A stretch of DNA of 64,000 bases from an uncultured delta proteobacterium (GTDB lineage: Bacteria; Myxococcota_A; Polyangia; Polyangiales; Polyangiaceae): positions 1,056,001-1,120,000 of the forward strand of contig CAWDXG010000001.1 of assembly GCA_963806225.1 (NCBI GenBank). Direction: 5' to 3'. A program made the position numbers and the translations under genes. Numbering within the stretch: the stretch's first letter is position 1; each line of letters opens with the position of its first letter. The notes beneath the pieces are model-generated. The model did not search any database. It was not told the DNA's origin and worked only from the letters and a program-made list of their open reading frames with translations. This document shows, piece by piece, positions 10,590 to 19,412 of the stretch.

Positions 10590-11912
10590 GTGGCTGGAGA
10601 GGACCGCGCTGCCGCGGAGCACCGGACCGTCCGTCTCGTCGATCGGGTCTTCTCGGAGGCCGTAGCGCACGGCGAGCGGGCCGTGTCCGTGTGCCGCGCC
10701 GCGTTCTGCCTGGCGATCGGCATACGCTATGTGCTGATGGGTCCGCTCACGTTCCCCGGCGGCGTGAAGGAAGCGTTGGTCGAGTTTCCGGCTCTGGGGA
10801 TTGCGATCGTGTTCTCGGTGTGGATCCTGGCGCGTGTGCGGCGTCGCGGCGTGACGCGCGGCATCCTGTACGCGTCGGTTTCGCTCGACGCGGTCATCTG
10901 CTTCAGCTCGCTTCTCGTCAACGTGCTGTGGCCACCCGCCGGATATCGCGGCATCGCGACCATACCCGACACGGCCGCCATGCTCGTCATCACGTTCGCG
11001 GCGGGCTTCCGCCTCTACCCGCTGGTTGCCGCGGTTGGAGGAGCGTTCAACATCACGCTGGGCAGCGTGCTCGTCGTCGTCGACAAGCTGCTCAATCCGG
11101 AGCTCGCCCGCTACAGCTGGCCCGAGGTGATGCTGGGCGGCATATACCTGCTCGGCGCCGCCGCGCTCGCCGTGCTGGTCGCGACGCGCACGCGCCGGCT
11201 GGTGCAGGCGAGCGCGAGCCAGGCGGTCGCCGCGGAACGGGCCCGGCGCAGCCTCGGCCTGGTGCTGCAGGACCATCACGACGTCCGCAGCCTGCTGTCC
11301 TCGGCATCGCTGAACGCCGAGCTCGTGCTGCGCGAGCTCGCGCAGCAAGACGAGTCGCGCGCGTTTTTGACTGCGCGCGAGGTGAAGCAGGATCTGGAGC
11401 TCATCAACGAAGCGGTGGGTGTGGTCCGCCAGCGCGCCTACAGCGAGCTGGCCACGCTCGAGGATCCAGAGGCAGTGGAGCTCGGCCCGATCCTCGAGCA
11501 GGTCAGCGGTGCCGTGGCGCGGCGCTTTCCGGACACGAGCATCGAGGTCGAGAGCGTCCCGGGGATGCAGCGCGTCAGCGTTGCCGGCGGATCGCGGGGG
11601 ATGGAGCGCGTGTTGCTCAACCTGCTGGTCAATGCCTGTGAGGGGCAGGGCGATGCGGCTGCGGGGCGGGTCGAGGTGGACGTGGAGTCCGCGCCCGACT
11701 CGCTGGTGATCACGGTCTCGGACGACGGTGCCGGATTTTCCGATGCCCAGCTGGCCGCGCCGGAGAACGGCGGCTGGTCGACCAAGCCCGGCGGCTCCGG
11801 GCTGGGGCTCGCGCTGGTGAAGGAAATCGTGTCCGCGAGCGGTGGGCAGCTCCAGCTCGGCAACCGCTCCCGCGGCGGCGCCGAGGTGCGCGTCACCGTG
11901 CCGCGCGCCTGA
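10590..11912 (+). CDS. Membrane sensor histidine kinase
   Basis: Several TM segments, HDVRSLL H-box, NLLVNA, DDGAG, GSGLGL. Confidence 0.9.
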   Translation: MAGEDRAAAEHRTVRLVDRVFSEAVAHGERAVSVCRAAFCLAIGIRYVLMGPLTFPGGVKEALVEFPALGIAIVFSVWILARVRRRGVTRGILYASVSLDAVICFSSLLVNVLWPPAGYRGIATIPDTAAMLVITFAAGFRLYPLVAAVGGAFNITLGSVLVVVDKLLNPELARYSWPEVMLGGIYLLGAAALAVLVATRTRRLVQASASQAVAAERARRSLGLVLQDHHDVRSLLSSASLNAELVLRELAQQDESRAFLTAREVKQDLELINEAVGVVRQRAYSELATLEDPEAVELGPILEQVSGAVARRFPDTSIEVESVPGMQRVSVAGGSRGMERVLLNLLVNACEGQGDAAAGRVEVDVESAPDSLVITVSDDGAGFSDAQLAAPENGGWSTKPGGSGLGLALVKEIVSASGGQLQLGNRSRGGAEVRVTVPRA

Positions 11913-11913
11913 T

Positions 11914-13029
11914 TCAGCGCTTCTGTTCGTCCTGGCGCTGCGCGTGCTCGAGGAGCAGGGCGGTGACCGGGGCGCCGAGCTCGTTGTGACCGCCCACGTC
12001 CTGCGGCGCGAACTCGAATTGTCCGCTGTTCCACTCGAGCACCTTCCACAGCGCGTCGCGCGCGCTCGAGTCCCAGCCCTCGACCTCGGCCCTGAGCAGC
12101 TCGCCGTTCCGGAAGAAGAGACGCGCCACGTCTGGTCCCACGAGCAGCAGGATGCCGGTCTGCTTTTCCACTTCCAGGAAGGCCAGCAGGGACTGCGGCG
12201 CCACGTGCTCCAGCTCGCCCCGGAGCATCGTGCGCAGCAGCTGCGAGGTCCGCGAGTTCTGTGTGCGCCGCACGATCTGGTGCACCCGGACGAGTAGCCC
12301 TTCGGGCGTGTAGGGCTTGGGGATGTAACCGTCCACGCCCAGCTGGTATCCCAGCAGCCGCGCCTGGTCGTCGTCGAGCATGGTCAGGAATATCACCGGC
12401 ACGGTCGCGAGCGAGGGCCTCGCGCGCACCAGCCTGAGCAGCTGCCAGCCATCCATACGGGGCATCTGCACGTCGCTCAGGATTACGTCCGGCGGTTCCT
12501 TGAGGCACATGGATAGCGCTTCCAGGCCGTCCGCCGTCATCCGCACCGTGTCGCCGCGCTTGATGAAGGGTTCTGCCGCGAGCTTCCTGTAGCGTTCGTC
12601 GTCGTCCACCACGACCACGCTGAGCGCGCCGAGCGCGCGACGCTTGGCGGGCGGCGCGGGCGGGGGCGCGCCGGCGCCCTGGAGCAGGCGCTCGAGCAGA
12701 GCGCGCTTGTCCTCGGCGATGTCGAGCAGCTCCAGCCCCATTCCCGCGGGCTTGCCGGTTGCCTTGGCCGCCGCCCGGTCGCGCACGTACACCACGCGGC
12801 ACAGCATCGGGATCGAGTCCGACGCGCTCTGCTGCTCCACCGTCAGCTTGAGCGCCGAGCCGAGCGGCAGGAAGCGATCGCTGCGGATGAACAGACCGCC
12901 GCGCGACAGGTTCACCCCGGGTAGCTTGGCCTGCTTGTCGATAGCGCTGGCCCGGACCGTAAACTCGGCCCGCACCCGGGGATGCTGGCGACTGTCCGGC
13001 GCGTCGTCCACCCTCGCTAGCTCTAACAC
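11914..13029 (-). CDS. PilZ-REC-DUF4388 response regulator
   Basis: RQHPR/NLSRGGLF PilZ, SDVQMPRMDG REC, LRGELE...GQFEF DUF4388. Confidence 0.85.
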   Translation of the reverse strand: MLELARVDDAPDSRQHPRVRAEFTVRASAIDKQAKLPGVNLSRGGLFIRSDRFLPLGSALKLTVEQQSASDSIPMLCRVVYVRDRAAAKATGKPAGMGLELLDIAEDKRALLERLLQGAGAPPPAPPAKRRALGALSVVVVDDDERYRKLAAEPFIKRGDTVRMTADGLEALSMCLKEPPDVILSDVQMPRMDGWQLLRLVRARPSLATVPVIFLTMLDDDQARLLGYQLGVDGYIPKPYTPEGLLVRVHQIVRRTQNSRTSQLLRTMLRGELEHVAPQSLLAFLEVEKQTGILLLVGPDVARLFFRNGELLRAEVEGWDSSARDALWKVLEWNSGQFEFAPQDVGGHNELGAPVTALLLEHAQRQDEQKR

Positions 13030-13073
13030 GCGGCGATCGTGCGGTCGACGCTGCTGTTTCCCCCGGAATAGCG

Positions 13074-14624
13074 TCAGTGGGAGTGCTTGCCCGGCGCGAG
13101 CTCCGGCAGGTCACGGGCGTCGACGTAGAACGCGCGCGAGCGGTTCCGCGCGACCAGCCCCGCAATCCGCACCGGCACGAATCCCGAATAGAGCGGCCCG
13201 ATCCGGACGTAGGCTCCCTTGGCCAGGGTTGCGATGACGGGGGCCGAGCTGTTGGGCCTGCGGCGGAGCGGGATCGCGGCCCGTGCCACGTGCGTGTAGC
13301 GCCCCGGCGTCGACGACAGCATTCCGAGCAGCCCCGGATTGGCCAGCGCCGAGGCCTGCACCCAGGCATCGAAGGAGAAACCGTGCTCCCCGCGGACGTG
13401 CGCGAAGTCGCCGCGACGCTCGAGCAGGGTGGCCCGGCTTGCGATCCGCCCCGGCACCTCGATGCGCCCGATCTGCTGTTTGCCGGGTGCGGCGTACAGC
13501 GGCACGAGGCCGGTGAGGTAGACGTTCTTGCCCTGCGGATCCGCGCGAGCCGGCTGGGTGTCTTGCGCGAGCGCGAGCTCACTGCAGGCGATCCGCTCGG
13601 ACAGCTCCGCAGGCTGCGTCTTCGAGTGCGGCTTGCCGTCGCGGAAATCGCGATAGGCGATGGCCTGTCCCGCCGCGGGATGGAACGCTGTCAGCGCCGC
13701 TCCCTTGCCGACCCAGATGTGACTCTTCACCAGATCGAGCTGCTGCTTCGACACGAGCGGCAGCGCCCCGGCCGCCAGCGTGCCGGTCACCACGACCGGC
13801 CAGCGCAGCGACACACGCAACGCGCCGCCCTTTTCCGCGGGCAGTTCCAGCGACGCGAGCTCCACGCCGGGGGAGTCGTCGATCACGCCGAGCGGCCTGC
13901 CGCGCGCATCATCGAGCTCGGCGACGGTCTTGAGCGTGCCCGACAGCACGCAGGGCGTGCTCTGCTTCGACGCGATCAGCGGTCGTTCCGGAACCGGCAG
14001 CGTCGGGGTGCGGGTGCGCGGCTGCGGCGCGGGCAGCGCGTCGGCGGGAAGGGGCGGGGGCAGTGCGGCGAGCTTCGCGCTGCAGCGAGCCGACGCCGGC
14101 GTCGACAGCTTCGAGGCGCGCGCGAGCGAGCGACACTTCTTGAACGCTTTGCGAGCGCTCTCGACGCGGGGCGCCACAGCGCCCTCGAGCGCCTGCTTGA
14201 ACGCCTGGGCCGTCTGCGGGTCGTTCCGGTACTCGCCGGGCATTGCCGCGACGCCGGCCGAGACGAACTCGTCGGCTAGCGAAAGCTCGAGCTCGCCGAG
14301 CTCGTCCAGGGCCACCACCCTCGACGCTGCGTCCGGCGCCTGCTCCACCACATCGCGATACGCGGCCAGCGCCCTGCGGTGCAGCTTCATGCGCGCGACC
14401 ACCCACTGCCGGAGCGGTCCGGCGAGGAACTCGCCTTTCTGCCCCTTGTCGTCCGGCCCCCTGTAGACCGGCGCGTGCAGCGCCTCGGCGCGCTTCGCGA
14501 GATCGCGCGCCGTGTCGAGCGCGCTCTGCTTCCCGGCGGCGGCCGGCGTTGCCGGTTTCGCCGGTGCACACCCCAGCGTCATTGCGGAGAGCAGTCCGCA
14601 CAGCGCCATCGGCCTCCACGACAT
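13074..14624 (-). CDS. Hypothetical lipoprotein (SH3-like C-terminus)
   Basis: Lipobox TLGC; C-terminal LRRRPNSSAPVIATL. Confidence 0.6.
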   Translation of the reverse strand: MSWRPMALCGLLSAMTLGCAPAKPATPAAAGKQSALDTARDLAKRAEALHAPVYRGPDDKGQKGEFLAGPLRQWVVARMKLHRRALAAYRDVVEQAPDAASRVVALDELGELELSLADEFVSAGVAAMPGEYRNDPQTAQAFKQALEGAVAPRVESARKAFKKCRSLARASKLSTPASARCSAKLAALPPPLPADALPAPQPRTRTPTLPVPERPLIASKQSTPCVLSGTLKTVAELDDARGRPLGVIDDSPGVELASLELPAEKGGALRVSLRWPVVVTGTLAAGALPLVSKQQLDLVKSHIWVGKGAALTAFHPAAGQAIAYRDFRDGKPHSKTQPAELSERIACSELALAQDTQPARADPQGKNVYLTGLVPLYAAPGKQQIGRIEVPGRIASRATLLERRGDFAHVRGEHGFSFDAWVQASALANPGLLGMLSSTPGRYTHVARAAIPLRRRPNSSAPVIATLAKGAYVRIGPLYSGFVPVRIAGLVARNRSRAFYVDARDLPELAPGKHSH

Positions 14625-14766
14625 TCGCGGCAGGGTAGGTCACGCGGGCAGGGGACGCATCAGGCGCCGAGGGGCGCCGGTTCCGCGTCAGCGTGGCGAA
14701 ATGTCACATCCGTGCGCAAAAACGCCACACAAACTGTGGCAATATGCCATGATCTGGTGCCCGGCT

Positions 14767-15567
14767 TCAGCAGGGAATGGTCGCGCACATCGCAGCCCAG
14801 GCGTTTCCGCCGTCGACGGGGACGACCTGCAGAAGGACGCAGGAGGTGCCCGGATCGTAGGTCGTCAGGCGACCGCAGGCATCGGTCATGAGCAGCGTGT
14901 CGATGATGATGTTGTCCACTCCCGACGGCAGCTTGCCGATCGCAACCGTGATGTGGTTGCCGGTGATCGAGGTGCTGGGCAGCGAGAAGCTGCCGGAGGG
15001 CTGGCCGCCCGACATGAACGCGCCGCCGATCGTCACGCTCTGGATGTCGAGCGGGTAGGTGATCTGCAGGTCGAGCATGCCGGTCGCCGGATCGTAGCTG
15101 CCAATCGTGTTGCCCACGACGCCGGCGCAGTCGAGCATCGAGGTGTACGGATCGCCGGCGTCGGCTCCCGCGTCGGCGCTGCCGTCCACGGCTGCGCCGC
15201 TGTCGGCACTCGCGTCCAGGCCCGCATCGGTGCCGCCGTCCGTGGGGCACGCCAGGCAGATGTTCTGCGCATAGTCCTTGATCGTGCCGGGGTTGCAGAC
15301 CAGGCCGGCCTCGGCCTCCGTCGGGGCGTCCACCGGAGCATCCGGAGCCGCCTCGGGTGCGGCTTCAGGTGCGGCTTCCGGTGCGGCTTCAGGTGCGGCG
15401 TCAGGTGCGGCGTCAGAACCTCCGGCGCCGTTGCCATCCGCGCCCGCCTCGTAGGCGGACGCATCGCCGCCTCCCGGGTGCTTCTTCTTGGTGTCGTTGG
15501 AGCACCCCGCCATGAGTACCAGGCACAAGGCGAGCGATAGGGTGGCAGGTCGATGAAGTCGAAGCAT
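14767..15567 (-). CDS. Hypothetical lipoprotein with (D/E)AAP repeats
   Basis: Lipobox MAGC; 12-nt tandem repeat ~15340-15414. Confidence 0.7.
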   Translation of the reverse strand: MLRLHRPATLSLALCLVLMAGCSNDTKKKHPGGGDASAYEAGADGNGAGGSDAAPDAAPEAAPEAAPEAAPEAAPDAPVDAPTEAEAGLVCNPGTIKDYAQNICLACPTDGGTDAGLDASADSGAAVDGSADAGADAGDPYTSMLDCAGVVGNTIGSYDPATGMLDLQITYPLDIQSVTIGGAFMSGGQPSGSFSLPSTSITGNHITVAIGKLPSGVDNIIIDTLLMTDACGRLTTYDPGTSCVLLQVVPVDGGNAWAAMCATIPC

Positions 15568-15607
15568 GCTGGAGCATAGCGGGCGATGCGCGCCGCGCCA
15601 GGCCGGC

Positions 15608-17686
15608 CTATGGGGAAATAGAAAAGCCCGCGGTCAGTGGCAGATCGCGGCTGGAGGTGCCGACCTCGACGCCGTAGTGGAGCGTCTCGAGCTTCCATGA
15701 CGAGCTCTTCGTGTCCCAGTAGCGGAGGTCGGTGGCTTTCACCTCGAGCTTCACCGTCTGCGTCTCGCCGGGCTCGAGCTCGACACGCTGGAAGGCCTCG
15801 AGCGTACGCGCCGCGCGCAGTACCTTCGAGCCGGGATAGCTGACGTACAGCTGAACGACCTCGGCGCCCGCGCGCGCTCCGGTGTTGGTCACGTCCACGC
15901 TGGCCTCGAGCGTGCCATCCGGCGCGAGTGCCGTGCTGCCGAGACGCAGCTTGGCGAGCTTGAAGCTGGTGTACGACAGCCCGAAGCCGAACGGGTACTC
16001 GGGCGTCTCCTGCTGGTCGTCCACCCATCGGTAGCCGTGCAGGTAGCCGTAGGTGACGGCGGTCTGGTCGTTGATGAACGGCGGCAGCTGGCTCTCGTCG
16101 GTGGGGACGGTGAGTGGCAGGTGCCCGGAGGGATTCACCTCGCCGAACAGCACGCGCGCGATGGCCGTGCCACCCTGCTCGCCGGGGTACCAGGCCATCA
16201 GCAGTGCGGGGACCTCGCCGACCCAGTCGTGCACGGTGATCGCGCTGCCGCCTTCCAGTATCACGATGGTGCGCGCGTTCTGCGCGGCGACGGCGTGGAT
16301 GAGCGCCTGGTGCCCGGCGGAGAGCTGCATCGTGCTGCGATCGCCGCCGGGGCTGCCCTTGCCCATGTACTCGCCCTCGTCGTCGGCGGTCAGGCCTACC
16401 ACGACCACCGCGGCGTCGGCTGCGGCGACCTTGGCAAGAGCGGCGCTGGAGAGCGTAGGGCCGGGCAGCGCATCGACGGCAATGCCGCCGGCCAGGCTCC
16501 GGATGCCCTCGAGGGGCGTGACGGCCGACGCGGGCACCGAGTTGCTGCTGCCCTTGTCGCCGAGGTTCACCGTGCTCGCGAGCTCGCCGACGACCGCGAG
16601 GCGCGTGATCTTGTTCCGGTCGAGCGGCAGCGCTCCGCCGTCGTTCTTCAAGAGCACGATGGCCTCTTCCTCGGCCTTCTGCGCCAGCGCCTTGTGCGTG
16701 TCGTTCTCGACCACGTCGAGCGGCGGCTTGGCGGGCTTGTCCAGGTGGAAGCGGAACTTGATGCGCAGGATGCGGCGTACCGCGTCGTCGATGACCTTTT
16801 CCGGCACCTGGCCCTGCTTCACGGCCTCGAGCAGCTTGTCGCCGAAATACGCCGGGGCCGGCATCTCGATGTCGAGGCCCGCTTTGGCGGCGGCTACGGT
16901 GCTGCGCGTGCCGAGCGTCCAGTCGCTCACCACGAAGCCGTCGAAGCCCCAGTCGCCGTCGAGCACGTCGCCGAGGTTTTCGGCGTTCTCGCTGCAATAG
17001 TGGCCGTTGACGCTGTTGTAGGCGCTCATCACCGAGCCGACGTGCGCTTCCTCTACGGCCTTCCTGAACTGCGGCATGTAGACTTCGCGCAGCGTGCGCG
17101 CGTCGATCGTCACGTCCACGTCGAAGCGCACGTCCTCGATGCTGTTGGCGACGAAGTGCTTGGCGTTGGCGATGACCCACTTCTGCGCGCCCTCGATGAA
17201 CGCCGCGCCCATCTCGCCGATGTGGAACGGATCCTCGCCGTAGGTTTCCTGCGCGCGGCCCCAGCGCGGGTGGCGCAGCACGTTGATCGTGGGCGCGAGC
17301 AGCACGTTGCCGCCCTTGGCGGCCAGCTCCTGGCCCATCGCTTCGCCGATCTGCTGCTCGAGCGGCGGATCCCAGGTCGCGCCCCGCGCCATGCCGACGG
17401 GGAACGTGGTGGCAGTGCCGATGCGCACGCCCCGCGGGCCGTCGCTCATGCGGAACGACGGGATACCGAGCCGCTTTTCGTCCGGCGTCTCGTAGAGGCC
17501 GTCGACGGGCACGAGGCTCGTGCCGTGCATCTGATCAATCTTCTCCTCGAGCGTCATGCGCTCCAGGATCCGGTCGATGCGCGCTTCGGGTCCCACATTT
17601 TCGCTCTTGTTGTCGGCTCCACATGCCGGGAGGGAAGCGAGCAGGGCACAGAGCAGCGCCGGGCCGGCCCAGCGGCTAGCCTGCAT
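15608..17686 (-). CDS. GH3 beta-glucosidase (lipoprotein)
   Basis: SDGPRG, GRAQETYGEDP, AKHF, VVSDW nucleophile, C-terminal Fn3-like domain. Confidence 0.93.
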   Translation of the reverse strand: MQASRWAGPALLCALLASLPACGADNKSENVGPEARIDRILERMTLEEKIDQMHGTSLVPVDGLYETPDEKRLGIPSFRMSDGPRGVRIGTATTFPVGMARGATWDPPLEQQIGEAMGQELAAKGGNVLLAPTINVLRHPRWGRAQETYGEDPFHIGEMGAAFIEGAQKWVIANAKHFVANSIEDVRFDVDVTIDARTLREVYMPQFRKAVEEAHVGSVMSAYNSVNGHYCSENAENLGDVLDGDWGFDGFVVSDWTLGTRSTVAAAKAGLDIEMPAPAYFGDKLLEAVKQGQVPEKVIDDAVRRILRIKFRFHLDKPAKPPLDVVENDTHKALAQKAEEEAIVLLKNDGGALPLDRNKITRLAVVGELASTVNLGDKGSSNSVPASAVTPLEGIRSLAGGIAVDALPGPTLSSAALAKVAAADAAVVVVGLTADDEGEYMGKGSPGGDRSTMQLSAGHQALIHAVAAQNARTIVILEGGSAITVHDWVGEVPALLMAWYPGEQGGTAIARVLFGEVNPSGHLPLTVPTDESQLPPFINDQTAVTYGYLHGYRWVDDQQETPEYPFGFGLSYTSFKLAKLRLGSTALAPDGTLEASVDVTNTGARAGAEVVQLYVSYPGSKVLRAARTLEAFQRVELEPGETQTVKLEVKATDLRYWDTKSSSWKLETLHYGVEVGTSSRDLPLTAGFSISP

Positions 17687-18290
17687 CTTCGCCCGCCCGC
17701 GGGCGTTCGGCCGGCGCGTCGCCTTCCTCGATGCGGTGCCGCTGGCGTGCGCGCAGGCGGTCGAGCAGCTCTTCCCGGTTCGGCGGCGGCTCGACCGGCG
17801 CGACCACCCGTGCATGCAGTCCGCTGTCGGCGTCGTCTTCTGGGGGTGCCGGCTCGGTGGGCCCTGCCGGGCGCGGTTCTGCGCCACCGGCCGTCGCTTC
17901 GGCGAATTCTGGCGAGGCCGGCTCCTCGTCGGGTGGGGCGAGGGGACCCGGCGATGCGGCAGGTCCGGAGTCGACCGGCTCTACCCGAGCGGACGACAGC
18001 ACGCGATTGATGAACTCCTGCGTGTCGGGCGCGACCCGCTGGAAGCGCAGCTTGAGGCCCCCGGGCCGGCCGCCCTCCGGCGCTACTTCCTCGACAATCT
18101 TTCCTTCGGCGCGGATCAGCGTCTGGCCCGACTCGAGGGAGATGTCGCAGCGCACCATGGTGCCGATCGCGAGGCCGGGCGCATCGACGAGAAGCACGGA
18201 GCTCTTCTTGAGCGTCCAGCCTTCGGCGTCGATGAAGCTCTGCTCGTCCTGGAAGGGACGCACGAGCTGCAGCTTCTTGCGACGAGCCAT
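17676..18290 (-). CDS. Hypothetical protein, PilZ-like N-terminal domain
   Basis: LIRAEGKIV...GGLKLRFQRV beta-barrel pattern; acidic Pro-rich tail. Confidence 0.6.
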   Translation of the reverse strand: MARRKKLQLVRPFQDEQSFIDAEGWTLKKSSVLLVDAPGLAIGTMVRCDISLESGQTLIRAEGKIVEEVAPEGGRPGGLKLRFQRVAPDTQEFINRVLSSARVEPVDSGPAASPGPLAPPDEEPASPEFAEATAGGAEPRPAGPTEPAPPEDDADSGLHARVVAPVEPPPNREELLDRLRARQRHRIEEGDAPAERPRAGEDAG

Positions 18291-18372
18291 CTAGCGGCTC
18301 CTGCCCTGTGCTGACGACACTGCTCGAGACTTCATCGGCTGCGGCCCCCGGGCCCCGATCGTAGCCCGCCTT

Positions 18373-19302
18373 TCAGGGCGAGGCGAAATCCTCGTCGGAC
18401 ACCTCGTCCTCGTCGTCGTCGTCACCAGGCGGCGGCATCTCGCTGTTCGAGACATTCACCCATTCCTGCGACTGCGGAGCCGGTTCCTGCGCGGTGACGG
18501 TTGCGGCTTCTGGTGCGGCCTCGTCGGTCGCCGCTTCCTCCGCGGCGGGCGGCGGCGGCGGTTCAACGTAGCCGTGTGCTTCGGCGATCTTCGGCGCGAT
18601 CACGTTGTCCCATAGGTGGGGCAGCGGAACGTAGTCGACGAGCACCGAAGGCGGCCGCGCTGCGAGCAGATCGCGCTCGGTGAAGGGCTTCTTGTCGTGG
18701 GCGCTCTCGAGTGCGCTCTCGATGATCACGCCGAGCTCCTTCTTCGGCAGTCGCTGGGCGAGCTCGGCGACGGTGATGCCGTCGACCACGTTCCGGTGGC
18801 TGAGCAGGTGGTCGACCAGCGCGCGATCCAGCATGAAGGCGATGTGCGACCTGGCAGCGTCGAGTGCGGCCTTGTCGCCTTCGCGCGCTGTCCAGAACTC
18901 GCCTTCCACGAGGAACGACCAGATCTTCTTGTTGTCGAGATAGCGGATGCGATCGTCCGGCTCGAACACTGCGACGATCGACTCGGCGTCGGTCTCGCCC
19001 TCGTCAAGGGCGATCTGCAGGTCTTCCGCAGCCGACTCCCACGATTTCTTCATCGCGATCTTCTTCTTGAGGCCGGTCGTCAAGACGAGGATCGACGCGC
19101 GCAGGCCCGCTTGGTGCTCGAGACCCTTCATGATCGTCTCGGGCGGGAAGTGGCGGATGAAGTCGTCGGCGCTGCGCCGCCCGATCTCGAGGCTGTGCTC
19201 GACGGCGTGGGCGAGGAAGCGCTGGCGCCCCTCCTTGAGCGAGGAAGAGAAAGCCGGCTTGGCTTCCCCGGCGTCTCCGGCAGCGGTCGGGTTTTCGGAC
19301 AT
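18373..19302 (-). CDS. Hypothetical protein
   Basis: 309-aa ORF with normal coding composition, co-oriented with neighbours. Confidence 0.75.
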   Translation of the reverse strand: MSENPTAAGDAGEAKPAFSSSLKEGRQRFLAHAVEHSLEIGRRSADDFIRHFPPETIMKGLEHQAGLRASILVLTTGLKKKIAMKKSWESAAEDLQIALDEGETDAESIVAVFEPDDRIRYLDNKKIWSFLVEGEFWTAREGDKAALDAARSHIAFMLDRALVDHLLSHRNVVDGITVAELAQRLPKKELGVIIESALESAHDKKPFTERDLLAARPPSVLVDYVPLPHLWDNVIAPKIAEAHGYVEPPPPPAAEEAATDEAAPEAATVTAQEPAPQSQEWVNVSNSEMPPPGDDDDEDEVSDEDFASP

Positions 19303-19412
19303 GGGTCACCTTCCCCCGGTGTGCTCGCGTGTCAGTGGTCTGGGAGGATGGAGGGTATCCGATCTTTTGCCCGGCTGCCGGGACTTGCCGTGCGGGCGGT
19401 GTTCCAACGGGA